In this document: positions 35,567 through 44,016 of the stretch, one piece after another
Position numbering within the stretch: the stretch's first letter is position 1
How the letters are laid out: each line of letters begins with the position of its first letter
DNA from: a virus
Taxonomy: Duplodnaviria > Caudoviricetes
Reading direction: 5' to 3' (one strand)
Length of the DNA stretch: 50,276 nt
IMG/VR virus record: IMGVR_UViG_3300036786_000189
Span: 1-50,276 of that record
Program-made: the position numbers and the translations under genes
The notes under the pieces: model-generated
Told to the model about the DNA's origin: nothing
The model's input: only the letters and a program-made list of their open reading frames with translations
Database searches by the model: none

Positions 35567-38172
35567 GCCGCTTCCTCCTTGGGGTCGGACTGTGGGTCGA
35601 TGAAGTCGAACAGCGAAGGCATCGCCATTTCGCGGGCGGCGGCTTCGCAATAGACGGCGCCGTCGCGCCAATAGGCGGTGGACAGCTCGATGCCGATGCC
35701 CTGGCGGCGCGCCTTCAGCGCGCGATACGGGACCGTCATCAGCCCGCCGAAGGGGTCGAGAACGGTCTCGCCCGGCATGGTGAACTGCGCGATCGCGCGG
35801 TCCACGATGTCGAATTGCAGCGGGCAGAGATGCATCTCCTTGCCCTTGGCGTATTGCGCGCCGTTGAGGGTGCGCATGCGCGTGACATCGCTCCATACGT
35901 CGTCGTGCCAGCTCGCGGGCGGCAGGAGCATGAAGGTCGGCGGCAATTGCCCGGCCGCTTCTAGGGCCTCGGCAATCGCGACATGGTTCTCGAAGTCGTA
36001 GACGCTCTCCGCGCTGTACTTGCGGAACGCCTGATAGATCACGTCGGCCTTGAGCCCGACCAGCTCTTCGCCCGTGAGCAGCCGGTCGCCGCTGGAGCGC
36101 TGGAAGCCGTGCGCGTCCACCTGCCAGCGGGCGCGGCTGTAGCCGCCCTCGTTCTGCCAGCCATCGCGCGTGTGCAGCTTCTTCGCCTTGACCACCGGCA
36201 CGTCGGCATAGCCGTTCGACGCATCGCTGGGCGGCTTGCGGAACAGCAGGAGATATTCCGGCATGCCCGCGCCTTGCCGCGAACCGTCCTTGCATTGCTC
36301 GGTCCAGCCCAGGCGATAGGTCTGGTTGTTCTCGCGCACCACGTCGGTCGTGATCGTCTTGCGCGCGAGGAAGGCGAAGCCGTGGCGGCGGAAATGCGCG
36401 ACCGTGTCGTCGGAGAACGGGCTCACCGTCTGGAAGCCCAGCCCGGTCATGCCGCCGGGCACGATGCGGTCCTTGACATGGATCGCCGCCACGCGGCCCG
36501 GCTGCAGAACGCGGAAAAGCTGCGGCGTCAGATAGTCCATCTGCCGGAAGAAGTGCTTGTCGTCGTCGGTGTGGCCGAAGTCGTTGAACGAGGGCGTGTA
36601 CTCGTACTGCGTCGAGAACGGGATCGAGGTGAGGATCAGATGCGCGCTGTTGTCGGGGAGATTCGACACTTCTTCGACGCAGTCGTTGTTGATCGCCCGC
36701 CAGCCCGGCCCCGAAACCTCCGCGCGCGCGACGCCGAACGAGCGCTGGAGCGTGCCGCACATCGCCTCGTGGCTAAGCCCGTACTCGCGGATGATCCTCG
36801 ACATCGTCTCGGCCTGTTCCTCGTGCCGCGCCCACTTGGCTTCGAGGTTGCGGCGCGTCTCGCGCTCGGCCTCGGAATAGATCAGGTCGAGCCGCACCGT
36901 GAAGCGCTGGCCGAACCGTTGCAGACGATGCACGGCCTGGATGAAGTCGTGGAACTTGTGGCCGATGCCGAGGAACACATGCCAGTGGCAGTGCATCTGG
37001 AAATTGCAGCCTGCGCCGGACATGGAGGGCTTGGTCGCCAGCTCGGCGAAGCGGCCGTGCTTGAAGCCGAGCGCCGCCTGCTCGTTCTTCTCCAGATCTT
37101 GTCCGCCGAAGATCGAGACGACGCCGGGCACGGCGCGCTCGATCGCGTCGCGCTCGGCTTCGAGGTCGTGCCACAGGATGCGATGCTCGCCCGGTCCCTC
37201 GGCCCGGATGGCGAGCATCTTGGCGACGCGCGCGCCCAGGCTCTCGCGCTTCTCCTTGGCGGCATCGACCACGCCGAAGGCCGTGTTCTTGAACATGCGG
37301 CCCTGGCCGTCGCGCTCGCTGCCCGCTTCGCGGTGATCGCTCGGCACCTCGTGCCAGCGGATGTCGAGCGCCGGCATGTCGTAGCCGTCGTCGGAGTAGC
37401 CGAGGTCGGATGGGCGCCGGACGAACAGCGCCCAGCTCGCGACCCACATCCAGAACTCGCGCTCCTTGTGGGGATGGATGGTCAGCGCGTCGGCATGCTC
37501 GCTGTCGCGCTTGAAGAACCGCGTCTTGGCCTGCCCGACATCCATCACGCCGAGGAAGGCGGCATAGGCCAAAAGCTCGATGTACTCGTTGGGGTCGGGC
37601 GTAGCCGTCGCCACGAAGCGGAAGCGCACGCCGTCCGTCTTGACGCCGCCCGTCCGGTCGTCGCCGGCGAACAGGCGCATGAACTCGCGGAAGGTCTTGG
37701 AGCCGCCGAAGCCGCGCAGGCACGCCGCCTCGTCCAGCGACACGAAGCCGAACACGGTCGGGTCGATCTTGCCTTCGCGCACGCTCTCGTAATTGGTGAT
37801 GTTGATGGCGCCGGGGTCCATCTCGTCGGTGCGGCGGATGAATTTGAGCCGCACCGCGAAGGCGCCGGTGAAGCGCGCCGCGGCTTCCTCGAAGAACTCC
37901 TGACGCACGCCGAGCGGGATGCAGATCAGCGCCGCGACCTTCTCCTTGACCATGGCCAGGCGTGCCAGTTCGATCTGCGCCGAGGTCTTGTGCAGCCCGA
38001 ACGACGCGAAGATCGCCCGCCTGCCGCCAGCCGCCGCCCACGGCACGATGGCCTCGCGCACGAAGTCCTTGAGCGCCGGGTTCACCTCGTGCGGCTCGAC
38101 GGTGAAGCCATGCGCGCCCGCGAGCCTGATCTTGCCCTTGAGGAAGTCGATATAGGTCGCGGGCTCGGTCAT
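35563..38172 (-). CDS. SNF2-like helicase fused to an amino-DNA methyltransferase (869 aa)
   Basis: GLHKT, DEAA, TATP and QAVHR..RFGQ helicase motifs; SIPF, HLCPLQ and DPFGGLMT MTase motifs. Confidence 0.9.
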   Translation of the reverse strand: MTEPATYIDFLKGKIRLAGAHGFTVEPHEVNPALKDFVREAIVPWAAAGGRRAIFASFGLHKTSAQIELARLAMVKEKVAALICIPLGVRQEFFEEAAARFTGAFAVRLKFIRRTDEMDPGAINITNYESVREGKIDPTVFGFVSLDEAACLRGFGGSKTFREFMRLFAGDDRTGGVKTDGVRFRFVATATPDPNEYIELLAYAAFLGVMDVGQAKTRFFKRDSEHADALTIHPHKEREFWMWVASWALFVRRPSDLGYSDDGYDMPALDIRWHEVPSDHREAGSERDGQGRMFKNTAFGVVDAAKEKRESLGARVAKMLAIRAEGPGEHRILWHDLEAERDAIERAVPGVVSIFGGQDLEKNEQAALGFKHGRFAELATKPSMSGAGCNFQMHCHWHVFLGIGHKFHDFIQAVHRLQRFGQRFTVRLDLIYSEAERETRRNLEAKWARHEEQAETMSRIIREYGLSHEAMCGTLQRSFGVARAEVSGPGWRAINNDCVEEVSNLPDNSAHLILTSIPFSTQYEYTPSFNDFGHTDDDKHFFRQMDYLTPQLFRVLQPGRVAAIHVKDRIVPGGMTGLGFQTVSPFSDDTVAHFRRHGFAFLARKTITTDVVRENNQTYRLGWTEQCKDGSRQGAGMPEYLLLFRKPPSDASNGYADVPVVKAKKLHTRDGWQNEGGYSRARWQVDAHGFQRSSGDRLLTGEELVGLKADVIYQAFRKYSAESVYDFENHVAIAEALEAAGQLPPTFMLLPPASWHDDVWSDVTRMRTLNGAQYAKGKEMHLCPLQFDIVDRAIAQFTMPGETVLDPFGGLMTVPYRALKARRQGIGIELSTAYWRDGAVYCEAAAREMAMPSLFDFIDPQSDPKEEAA

Positions 38173-38474
38173 TCGCCAACCGCCTGCTTGATCTTCGCGA
38201 GGTTGCAGACGACGAAGCCTTCGTAGCGCAGTCGGCCAAGCACCCAAGCCGCGTTCGCCAGCACGTTCTCGCGCATAGCCGCGGTGTAAGCCGCATGAAC
38301 GAGCGATGCGTCCAGCGTGCAGTCACACACCGCCAGTTCATGCTCAAAAAGAGCGACGGCAACCGCGCGCAAGGCTGCAGGCGACGGCCAAGATCGCATA
38401 TCGCGCAGCAACGGCTCTTTCGTGATCGCCTTGCGGCACTGCTCGTCTGTGGCTTGCAGCTCGTCGGGCGTCAT
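38169..38474 (-). CDS. Hypothetical protein (101 aa)
   Basis: ATGA coupling on both sides. Confidence 0.55.
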   Translation of the reverse strand: MTPDELQATDEQCRKAITKEPLLRDMRSWPSPAALRAVAVALFEHELAVCDCTLDASLVHAAYTAAMRENVLANAAWVLGRLRYEGFVVCNLAKIKQAVGE

Positions 38475-38785
38475 GCGGCGCGCACCGCGAACAGATCGAG
38501 GAAGATGCCCTGGCTCGCCTGATGGTTGCGAAGGCAATGCTGGCAGAGGAACGCCGGCGCCTGGTTCAGGATCGTTCGCGTGAGCGCGATCCGAACGATG
38601 GAGAGGCGCTGAACTTCACCGTCAGCATTGGCGCACCAGGCGTCGATGCCCAGACGCGGCCACGCGACGCCGCCGCGATCCTTGTTGACCGGAAGCGCCA
38701 GCATGAACTCGCCGTTGCTGGCGCGACCGCCGAGCGCGTGATTGCGGACCCCGCACACAGCGCAGCGTGTTTTGTCCACGCTCAT
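38471..38785 (-). CDS. Degenerate HNH-like Zn-binding protein (104 aa)
   Basis: RCAVCG and LCQHC pairs retained; central H/N catalytic pattern absent. Confidence 0.55.
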   Translation of the reverse strand: MSVDKTRCAVCGVRNHALGGRASNGEFMLALPVNKDRGGVAWPRLGIDAWCANADGEVQRLSIVRIALTRTILNQAPAFLCQHCLRNHQASQGIFLDLFAVRAA

Positions 38786-39480
38786 GCTCCGGACGCCGGC
38801 ACGCGCGCGAGGCACTCAATGAGGCCGTCTGCGAGGCGCTTGATGGCGAAACTCTTCTTAATTTTTAGAGCATCGGCATCGGCATCGGCATCGGCATCGG
38901 CATCGGCATAGGCATAGGCATAGGCATAGGCATAGGCATAGGCATAGGCATCGGCATCGGCATAGGCATCGGCATAGGCATCGGCATCGGCATAGGCATA
39001 ACTTTTCTTCAAAGCCGTGTACCACTCGTCCCGCGCGACGGTTTCACCAGCGAGCGCGCGGCGATGAAGCGCCTGTACCGCGAGATGAGACGCGGTGTCT
39101 GCCTTGCGCAAGGTCGCGACCTCGATCCGCAACGGCATCACGAAATTGGCGCGCCAATCATGCACCACCGAGAACGGCACCTTCCCGTCGAGCCGCGCAA
39201 GTTCGGCGTAAAACGCAGCGCCCCAAGTTTTCGCGTCGTCGAATTCCTGGGTGTCGAAAAGCCACGGCACCATCTGCGCGAGCCAGCGCGGCATGATCTG
39301 CGCCGGGCAAGCACTGGCCGAATTGACATCCGGGCCGATGACCGCGAGCGCGCAAGCGAGATGGCGGCCGTCTTCCTCGGCGTGCCACTTGCTTTGAACA
39401 AGGCGCCCGTCTTGAAGGGCCGAGTTGTAGCGGTCCAACGCCTGTGCTGCGGTGGTCGCAGTTGTGATCGTCGCGTCCAT
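38782..39480 (-). CDS. Hypothetical protein with an internal (Tyr/Asp)-Ala tandem repeat (232 aa)
   Basis: GGAGG RBS; globular N-terminus, repeat, then short helical C-terminus; frame preserved through the repeat. Confidence 0.8.
   Translation of the reverse strand: MDATITTATTAAQALDRYNSALQDGRLVQSKWHAEEDGRHLACALAVIGPDVNSASACPAQIMPRWLAQMVPWLFDTQEFDDAKTWGAAFYAELARLDGKVPFSVVHDWRANFVMPLRIEVATLRKADTASHLAVQALHRRALAGETVARDEWYTALKKSYAYADADAYADAYADADAYAYAYAYAYAYAYADADADADADADALKIKKSFAIKRLADGLIECLARVPASGA
38869..39000. repeat. Hexanucleotide tandem repeat, 22 units of two types (minus strand TATGCC / GATGCC)
   Basis: Read directly: 11 YA and 11 DA units, last unit GATGCT. Confidence 0.97.
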
Positions 39481-39529
39481 GGTCAAGTCCTCCGGTTGGA
39501 TGCTTCGGTGAAAGGGATGGGGCGCGTGG

Positions 39530-40021
39530 TCATGCCGCCGCCGCGAGTTGGAGCGGCGCCGGCATTTGGTGCGGCAGCAGCTGGTAGGCCAGCAGCTTTT
39601 TCTTCTTCGTCTCGCCAACGAGACGAAACCCGGCCTTCCAGAAGCAGAAGCCCTTGATCCGCTCGCCGCGCACCAGCACGCCGGGCACTTGCTTGGGGTC
39701 CACGAAGGTGACGCAGCCGAGCGGCGGCACGTCGTAGAGCGTCTGCATGATCGCCAGCGCCTCGCGGATCATGTCGGATGCGAGCGGCCCGGCGTTTTCG
39801 TTGCGAAAGATCGACGTGATCCACGCACCCAGCCAGGCATGATGCACATACTCGGCCTTGGGATAGCTCAAGCCGAACACCGCGCGCTTGTTCGTCGCGA
39901 CCAGGACCCGGCACGAGCCCGCCGGCATGAACTGCGGCGAGCCAACCTTCTGGCGCGAGTAGTGCCTATCGGCGAGCGCACGACCGTCCGGATCAGCGCG
40001 ATGGGCGAGCCTCCAAATCAT
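39530..40021 (-). CDS. Mom-like GNAT-fold protein (163 aa)
   Basis: RHYS, FRNE, VTFVD and GFCF.KAGF..VG.T pattern parallels Mom-family motifs. Confidence 0.6.
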   Translation of the reverse strand: MIWRLAHRADPDGRALADRHYSRQKVGSPQFMPAGSCRVLVATNKRAVFGLSYPKAEYVHHAWLGAWITSIFRNENAGPLASDMIREALAIMQTLYDVPPLGCVTFVDPKQVPGVLVRGERIKGFCFWKAGFRLVGETKKKKLLAYQLLPHQMPAPLQLAAAA

Positions 40022-40491
40022 GGCAAGACCTCGCGAAAGACGATCCCAGCTTCGACCAGCAGGTCTTTAGCCTCGGCCAAATCGGCATGCCATTTGGAGA
40101 AACCCGCTTTCTGCGGATACGACACGATCTCTCGAACGCCGGACTGGATGATTTCAACCGTGCATCGCACACAGGGCGCGCCGCCCCACACTTGGCCGCT
40201 CGCATCGGTCGCTGCGAGGTAGAGTACACAGTCCTTGGTACTGACCCCGGCCCGGGCCGCAGCGAGGATGGCATTCATTTCCGCGTGAACAATCAGCCGG
40301 AGCTTGGTCTCTCTATCGTCGAGACGATTCGATGTGCACGCGACCCCCTCCGGAAAACAGTTGTGCCCGATGGCGACAACGCTACTGGCAGCATCAACGA
40401 GCAGCGCGCCCACTTTGGTCGATGGGTCTGGAGAGGCGCCAGCGAAACGATGTGCAAGAGCCAGGTAGTCGCGGTCGGCTTGCTCGCTCAT
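40018..40491 (-). CDS. dCMP deaminase family protein (157 aa)
   Basis: SPDPSTKVGA, HAEMNAI, PCVRC and IIQSG motifs. Confidence 0.92.
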   Translation of the reverse strand: MSEQADRDYLALAHRFAGASPDPSTKVGALLVDAASSVVAIGHNCFPEGVACTSNRLDDRETKLRLIVHAEMNAILAAARAGVSTKDCVLYLAATDASGQVWGGAPCVRCTVEIIQSGVREIVSYPQKAGFSKWHADLAEAKDLLVEAGIVFREVLP

Positions 40492-41798
40492 GCCGCCCTC
40501 CGCAATTGCGCGTCGATACGTTCGCCAATCCAGCGCACGGCCGTGGTCGCCATGGAGTTGCCGAGCGCCTTGTAGCGCGGGCCGTCAGCGGCGCACCGCA
40601 CCAACTCGTCATCGCCGGCGTCCGGATAGGCCGAGAGAAAGTAATCACGCATCTCGTCCATCTCCCGCGACCAGTTGCGCTTGCGCGTCGGGATCAGCGT
40701 GAAATCGTCCGGGAAGCCTTGGAGCCGTTCGCACTCGCGCGGCGTGAGGCGGCGCACCTTCGCTTCCGCAATGTAACTGCGCGATGATCCACCACTCGCG
40801 GCTCGCAGGTTGGCTGTGTCGTGCGGGCCCTCGAACGCCGCGCCACCATCTCGACCTCTCAGGTCGTATGCGACCGCTACTTGGCCGCCAGCATTCTGGT
40901 GGCTGTCCTTGCGTCCCATCGCGCGCAGCGGCGGCGATATTTTCCCGACTCCAAAGCCGTTTTGGCCGCTGGCCTTGCAATCGAACGCCACGACATGCGG
41001 GGCACCTGTTGTCAGGCTATAGGTGGTGCCGTCCTCCAAAATTCCGAAGCCAGGTGGTCTGGTGCGAAAGCCTCCCGAACTATCGGCGCTCGGCGTGATT
41101 GAGACCCCGGAGCGCGCCACCGCATCGGCGTGAATACAAAGAGGCACGATGGGTATGCCGCGACCCGTCCCGTCCTCGGACGCATCAAAACCCTCGGCGC
41201 GCAGCGTGTGCGCGATCAACGTTTCGCTTTCGTAGTCTTGCCTACCCATGCCCCCCCCCATTGAGGCAGTGGGAGGCTTCGCGCGTGACGAGACCGCCGT
41301 CGCAATCGGAGTCCGTACCGAGTCCGCCACCGCCTGAAGCGCGCGCAGCAATTGTTGGGGCAATGTCTTTCCGCGCTTCGCGGCGCGGCGGAGAATTCCC
41401 GCGCAGGCCAAGGCGCTCAAAAAGTATCGCGGCGGGATCGGCCGCGTCTCTAAAACAGATGACAGCGAACACACGCTCGCGTCGTTGGGCCAGGCCGAAG
41501 TATTGAGCGTCGAGAACCCGCCATGCCGCCCGTGCCCTCGGCCCCTCAGCCAGACCTTCGCTGGGCCACCGGCACGATTGCCAGCCATAGGTTCGATGGA
41601 CGTTGTATGACCGATCGTCGAAGTGAGGCAGCGGACCCCAGATGGCATCGGGCGGGACCAAGGGATCATCGGCCCCGACAAATCCGCCCAGGAAACATCC
41701 AAAGGCGTTGTCGCCCGTGGTGAGGACGCCGGGGACGTTCTCCCAAACGACGATGAGGCCGGACTTTCCTTCTCGTTCCCGAACATGGTCAATTGCAT
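40488..41798 (-). CDS. C5 DNA methyltransferase second chain: overlapping-frame peptide fused to variable region and motifs IX-X (436 aa)
   Basis: Starts inside the first chain in another frame; CSLSSVLE...RYFLS..AC.GILRRA peptide; C-terminal RRLTPRECERLQGFPD and RYKALGNS. Confidence 0.75.
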   Translation of the reverse strand: MQLTMFGNEKESPASSSFGRTSPASSPRATTPLDVSWADLSGPMIPWSRPMPSGVRCLTSTIGHTTSIEPMAGNRAGGPAKVWLRGRGHGRHGGFSTLNTSAWPNDASVCSLSSVLETRPIPPRYFLSALACAGILRRAAKRGKTLPQQLLRALQAVADSVRTPIATAVSSRAKPPTASMGGGMGRQDYESETLIAHTLRAEGFDASEDGTGRGIPIVPLCIHADAVARSGVSITPSADSSGGFRTRPPGFGILEDGTTYSLTTGAPHVVAFDCKASGQNGFGVGKISPPLRAMGRKDSHQNAGGQVAVAYDLRGRDGGAAFEGPHDTANLRAASGGSSRSYIAEAKVRRLTPRECERLQGFPDDFTLIPTRKRNWSREMDEMRDYFLSAYPDAGDDELVRCAADGPRYKALGNSMATTAVRWIGERIDAQLRRAA

Positions 41799-42144
41799 GG
41801 GCGATCCTGACGAATGTGAGTGCGAGGTTGCTGCGCGCGTCCGATAAAGAGCCGCGCAATCCGGCGAGCGAGAACCCTTGGCAGGGCGTGCCTGCGATCA
41901 GCACGTCGGGCATCTCGATGCCGAAGCGCTTCAGGTGACGCACGCGCATGGCCGCCATGTCGCCCCACAGCGGAACGGTGCCGGCCGCGCGACCAATACG
42001 CAGATCTCGCGCGGCGTGCCGATACTTCAGCACCGCGATGGGGAAGTCCTCGATCTCTGAATAGAACGCGGGCTCCCAGCCAAGCGGCATGAACGCGATG
42101 CTTGCCGCTTCGATGCCGGAGCAGAACGATCCGAACGTGGTCAT
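41242..42144 (-). CDS. C5 DNA methyltransferase first chain, motifs I-VIII (300 aa), stops just after a G9 tract
   Basis: FCSGIEA, SEI, GTPCQGFS, ENVPG and QRRERVF motifs; ends NGGGHG*. Confidence 0.88.
   Translation of the reverse strand: MTTFGSFCSGIEAASIAFMPLGWEPAFYSEIEDFPIAVLKYRHAARDLRIGRAAGTVPLWGDMAAMRVRHLKRFGIEMPDVLIAGTPCQGFSLAGLRGSLSDARSNLALTFVRIAHAIDHVREREGKSGLIVVWENVPGVLTTGDNAFGCFLGGFVGADDPLVPPDAIWGPLPHFDDRSYNVHRTYGWQSCRWPSEGLAEGPRARAAWRVLDAQYFGLAQRRERVFAVICFRDAADPAAILFERLGLRGNSPPRREARKDIAPTIAARASGGGGLGTDSDCDGGLVTREASHCLNGGGHG
41251..41259 (-). repeat. G9 homopolymer at the frame junction of the C5 methyltransferase
   Basis: Nine C on the plus strand; removing one base joins the first chain to motifs IX-X. 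Confidence 0.9.
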
Positions 42145-42488
42145 GCCGCGCGCTCCCCGTCGTCGAGGATCGCGGCGATCATGTCTTCTTCCGCGGCGAT
42201 GGTGAGCAGGCGCCGCGCCAGTCCCTTCACGTCGACTTGGCGGCGCGAGGCTTCGCGGGAGAGCAGCGTAAGGATGTCCGGCTCGACATAGACGAGCTGC
42301 CCGCGTGGCACGCCTTGCAGCGGCGTGCGGTCGAACGGCGGGATGGCCTTGCCGCTGGCGCGCGCGGCTTTGATCACCGCGTAAATCTCGTACATGAACA
42401 CGCGCTCGGCGAGCATGCCCTGGATCAGGCACGGCCGCGTGCCCTGCTCGGCCAGCGTGACGATGCGGGTGCGGGTCGCGTCGATCAT
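42141..42488 (-). CDS. Hypothetical protein, probably DNA-binding (115 aa)
   Basis: ATGA coupling; C-terminal L.REASRR...LARRLL...AILDD pattern. Confidence 0.65.
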   Translation of the reverse strand: MIDATRTRIVTLAEQGTRPCLIQGMLAERVFMYEIYAVIKAARASGKAIPPFDRTPLQGVPRGQLVYVEPDILTLLSREASRRQVDVKGLARRLLTIAAEEDMIAAILDDGERAA

Positions 42489-43390
42489 GCCGCTGCCCTT
42501 TCCGCTGGCTTTGCAGGGCCGCGCACGGTCGGGATGGGGCGCACACGCACCTTGGCGCGCAGCAAGCCGTCGAGATGCTCGGCGAACTTGCGAGAGTCCG
42601 GGCAGAGAATTTCGCTGACTTCCTTGGGGAGGCTGCAGTCGTGACGGCAGACGCGCCACTCGAAAGCGCGATGCTCGACCAGCAGCGCGCCGAACGTCTC
42701 CGGCGCATCGAATGGCATGCACTCGGTTTCGATCAGATGCGCGGGCCACTCGCTCGCCTTCGCGCGGGCGCGGGAGATATGCGCATCGAGCCACGCCTTG
42801 CCGCTGGTGTAGAGAACGAGCCGCCCTTGGGAGTCCGGCTGCAAGTGACCGACCGCGAGCGTGTGCCCGGTGAAGGACAGCGGCCTTCCGCCGTCGAGCG
42901 GCAGCGCGATCAGGTCGCAGACCTGGTCGAGGAAGTCCGCATCGGCGAAGCGCCAGCACGAAAGCGTATCGGCGATGCACGCATCGGCGACCGGAAGGAT
43001 CAGCGCGGGCGTTCCATCCTCGCCGGGATTTTCGGGTGTGCCGGTGAGCGCGTGGCGCCAGCGCGGCGCGGCGTCGGTAATCTCGCTCTCGTCGTCCCAG
43101 GCGAAACGCGACTTCACCTTGCGCGGCTTGTCATGCGGCTCGCGCACGATGCGCGCCATGACCACGCCCATCTCGAGCAAGACGAGCTGATCCACATTCG
43201 CGCTCTCGCCGCTGCCGATCACACTCGGCAAGCCGCAGGCGCCGAACATCGCGCCAAGATCGAACGTCTCGATCAGCGAGACATACTCACCGCGCGCGCG
43301 ACGCCCGCCGCGACCACGCGGCAACGCATCACCGCCCGCGCCATCGACGCGCGCCGTAATCGCCGCGATCATTTCGGCGAAGCCGGTCAT
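42485..43390 (-). CDS. Hypothetical protein, possible divergent primase-like/replication protein (301 aa)
   Basis: ALILPV...DLIAL...TG...VG...LVLYT...WL pattern; near the start of the cro operon. Confidence 0.5.
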   Translation of the reverse strand: MTGFAEMIAAITARVDGAGGDALPRGRGGRRARGEYVSLIETFDLGAMFGACGLPSVIGSGESANVDQLVLLEMGVVMARIVREPHDKPRKVKSRFAWDDESEITDAAPRWRHALTGTPENPGEDGTPALILPVADACIADTLSCWRFADADFLDQVCDLIALPLDGGRPLSFTGHTLAVGHLQPDSQGRLVLYTSGKAWLDAHISRARAKASEWPAHLIETECMPFDAPETFGALLVEHRAFEWRVCRHDCSLPKEVSEILCPDSRKFAEHLDGLLRAKVRVRPIPTVRGPAKPAERAAA

Positions 43391-43605
43391 GTCTCGCGCA
43401 CCCAATAGGGCGTCGCGGCGGCTTGCTCCGGCGATTGTTCCGGTTGCTGGCCGCGCAGCGCCGTCACGGTGTCCGCCAAGCTCTCGGCCGCGGCGGCCAG
43501 CGCCATCGCGTCGGCGGCCTCCTTGAGCAGCGGCGCGATGTCGGGATGCGTGCGTGCCCGGCGCCGCAAGTCGATCGCGATCTGCGATGCTGTCCGCGCG
43601 CCCAT
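43387..43605 (-). CDS. Hypothetical protein (72 aa)
   Basis: Abuts the cro stop; ATGA overlap with the next gene. Confidence 0.55.
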   Translation of the reverse strand: MGARTASQIAIDLRRRARTHPDIAPLLKEAADAMALAAAAESLADTVTALRGQQPEQSPEQAAATPYWVRET

Positions 43606-43902
43606 TCACCGAGCGCCTCCGGCGATTGCCGCGAAAGGCGGCGGCGCAAGTTCGGCGGGCGTGAAAAAGAAATCCTCCGGCGCGAGCGGGATGCCGGCGA
43701 GCTGGGCGCGGGTCAGGATTGTCTGCTGGTGCTGGGTGGGGATCAGACCACCCGTGCCGCCCCGCGCCCGGTCATAGGTCCAGCGGTAGAGCCGCGACTC
43801 GTGGACCCCGGTCCATTGTCCGACCAGGGCTAACCCATGGGAAAAGCTGCCTTTTCCGCATTTGGTGATGACGCGCGTGGCGGGGCTTGCGATTCGATCC
43901 AT
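43606..43902 (-). CDS. cro: Cro-like HTH regulator (98 aa)
   Basis: GVHESRLYRW...GGTGGLIP...L.PEDF; divergent from cI. Confidence 0.78.
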   Translation of the reverse strand: MDRIASPATRVITKCGKGSFSHGLALVGQWTGVHESRLYRWTYDRARGGTGGLIPTQHQQTILTRAQLAGIPLAPEDFFFTPAELAPPPFAAIAGGAR

Positions 43903-43911
43903 GGCCAAGGC

Positions 43912-43984
43912 TTGCGATATTCGCAAGTTTATGGCAAGTAAAACTTGCGATTATCGCAATTGCCTACGCTGGCGATTTTCGCAA
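43912..43984. promoter_or_regulatory. Operator triplet (OR-like), TTGCGA-N3-TCGCAA
   Basis: Sites at 43912-43926, 43945-43959 and 43970-43984 (last has 1 mismatch), between cro and cI. Confidence 0.88.
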
Positions 43985-44016
43985 GGGTGTGTCCCGTAAC
44001 GTTCGTTACCAGGCCC

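Noticed and set aside
38869-39000. Repeat as a CRISPR array or DGR variable region
   Set aside because: No spacers, cas genes, reverse transcriptase or template repeat; it is an in-frame hexamer array
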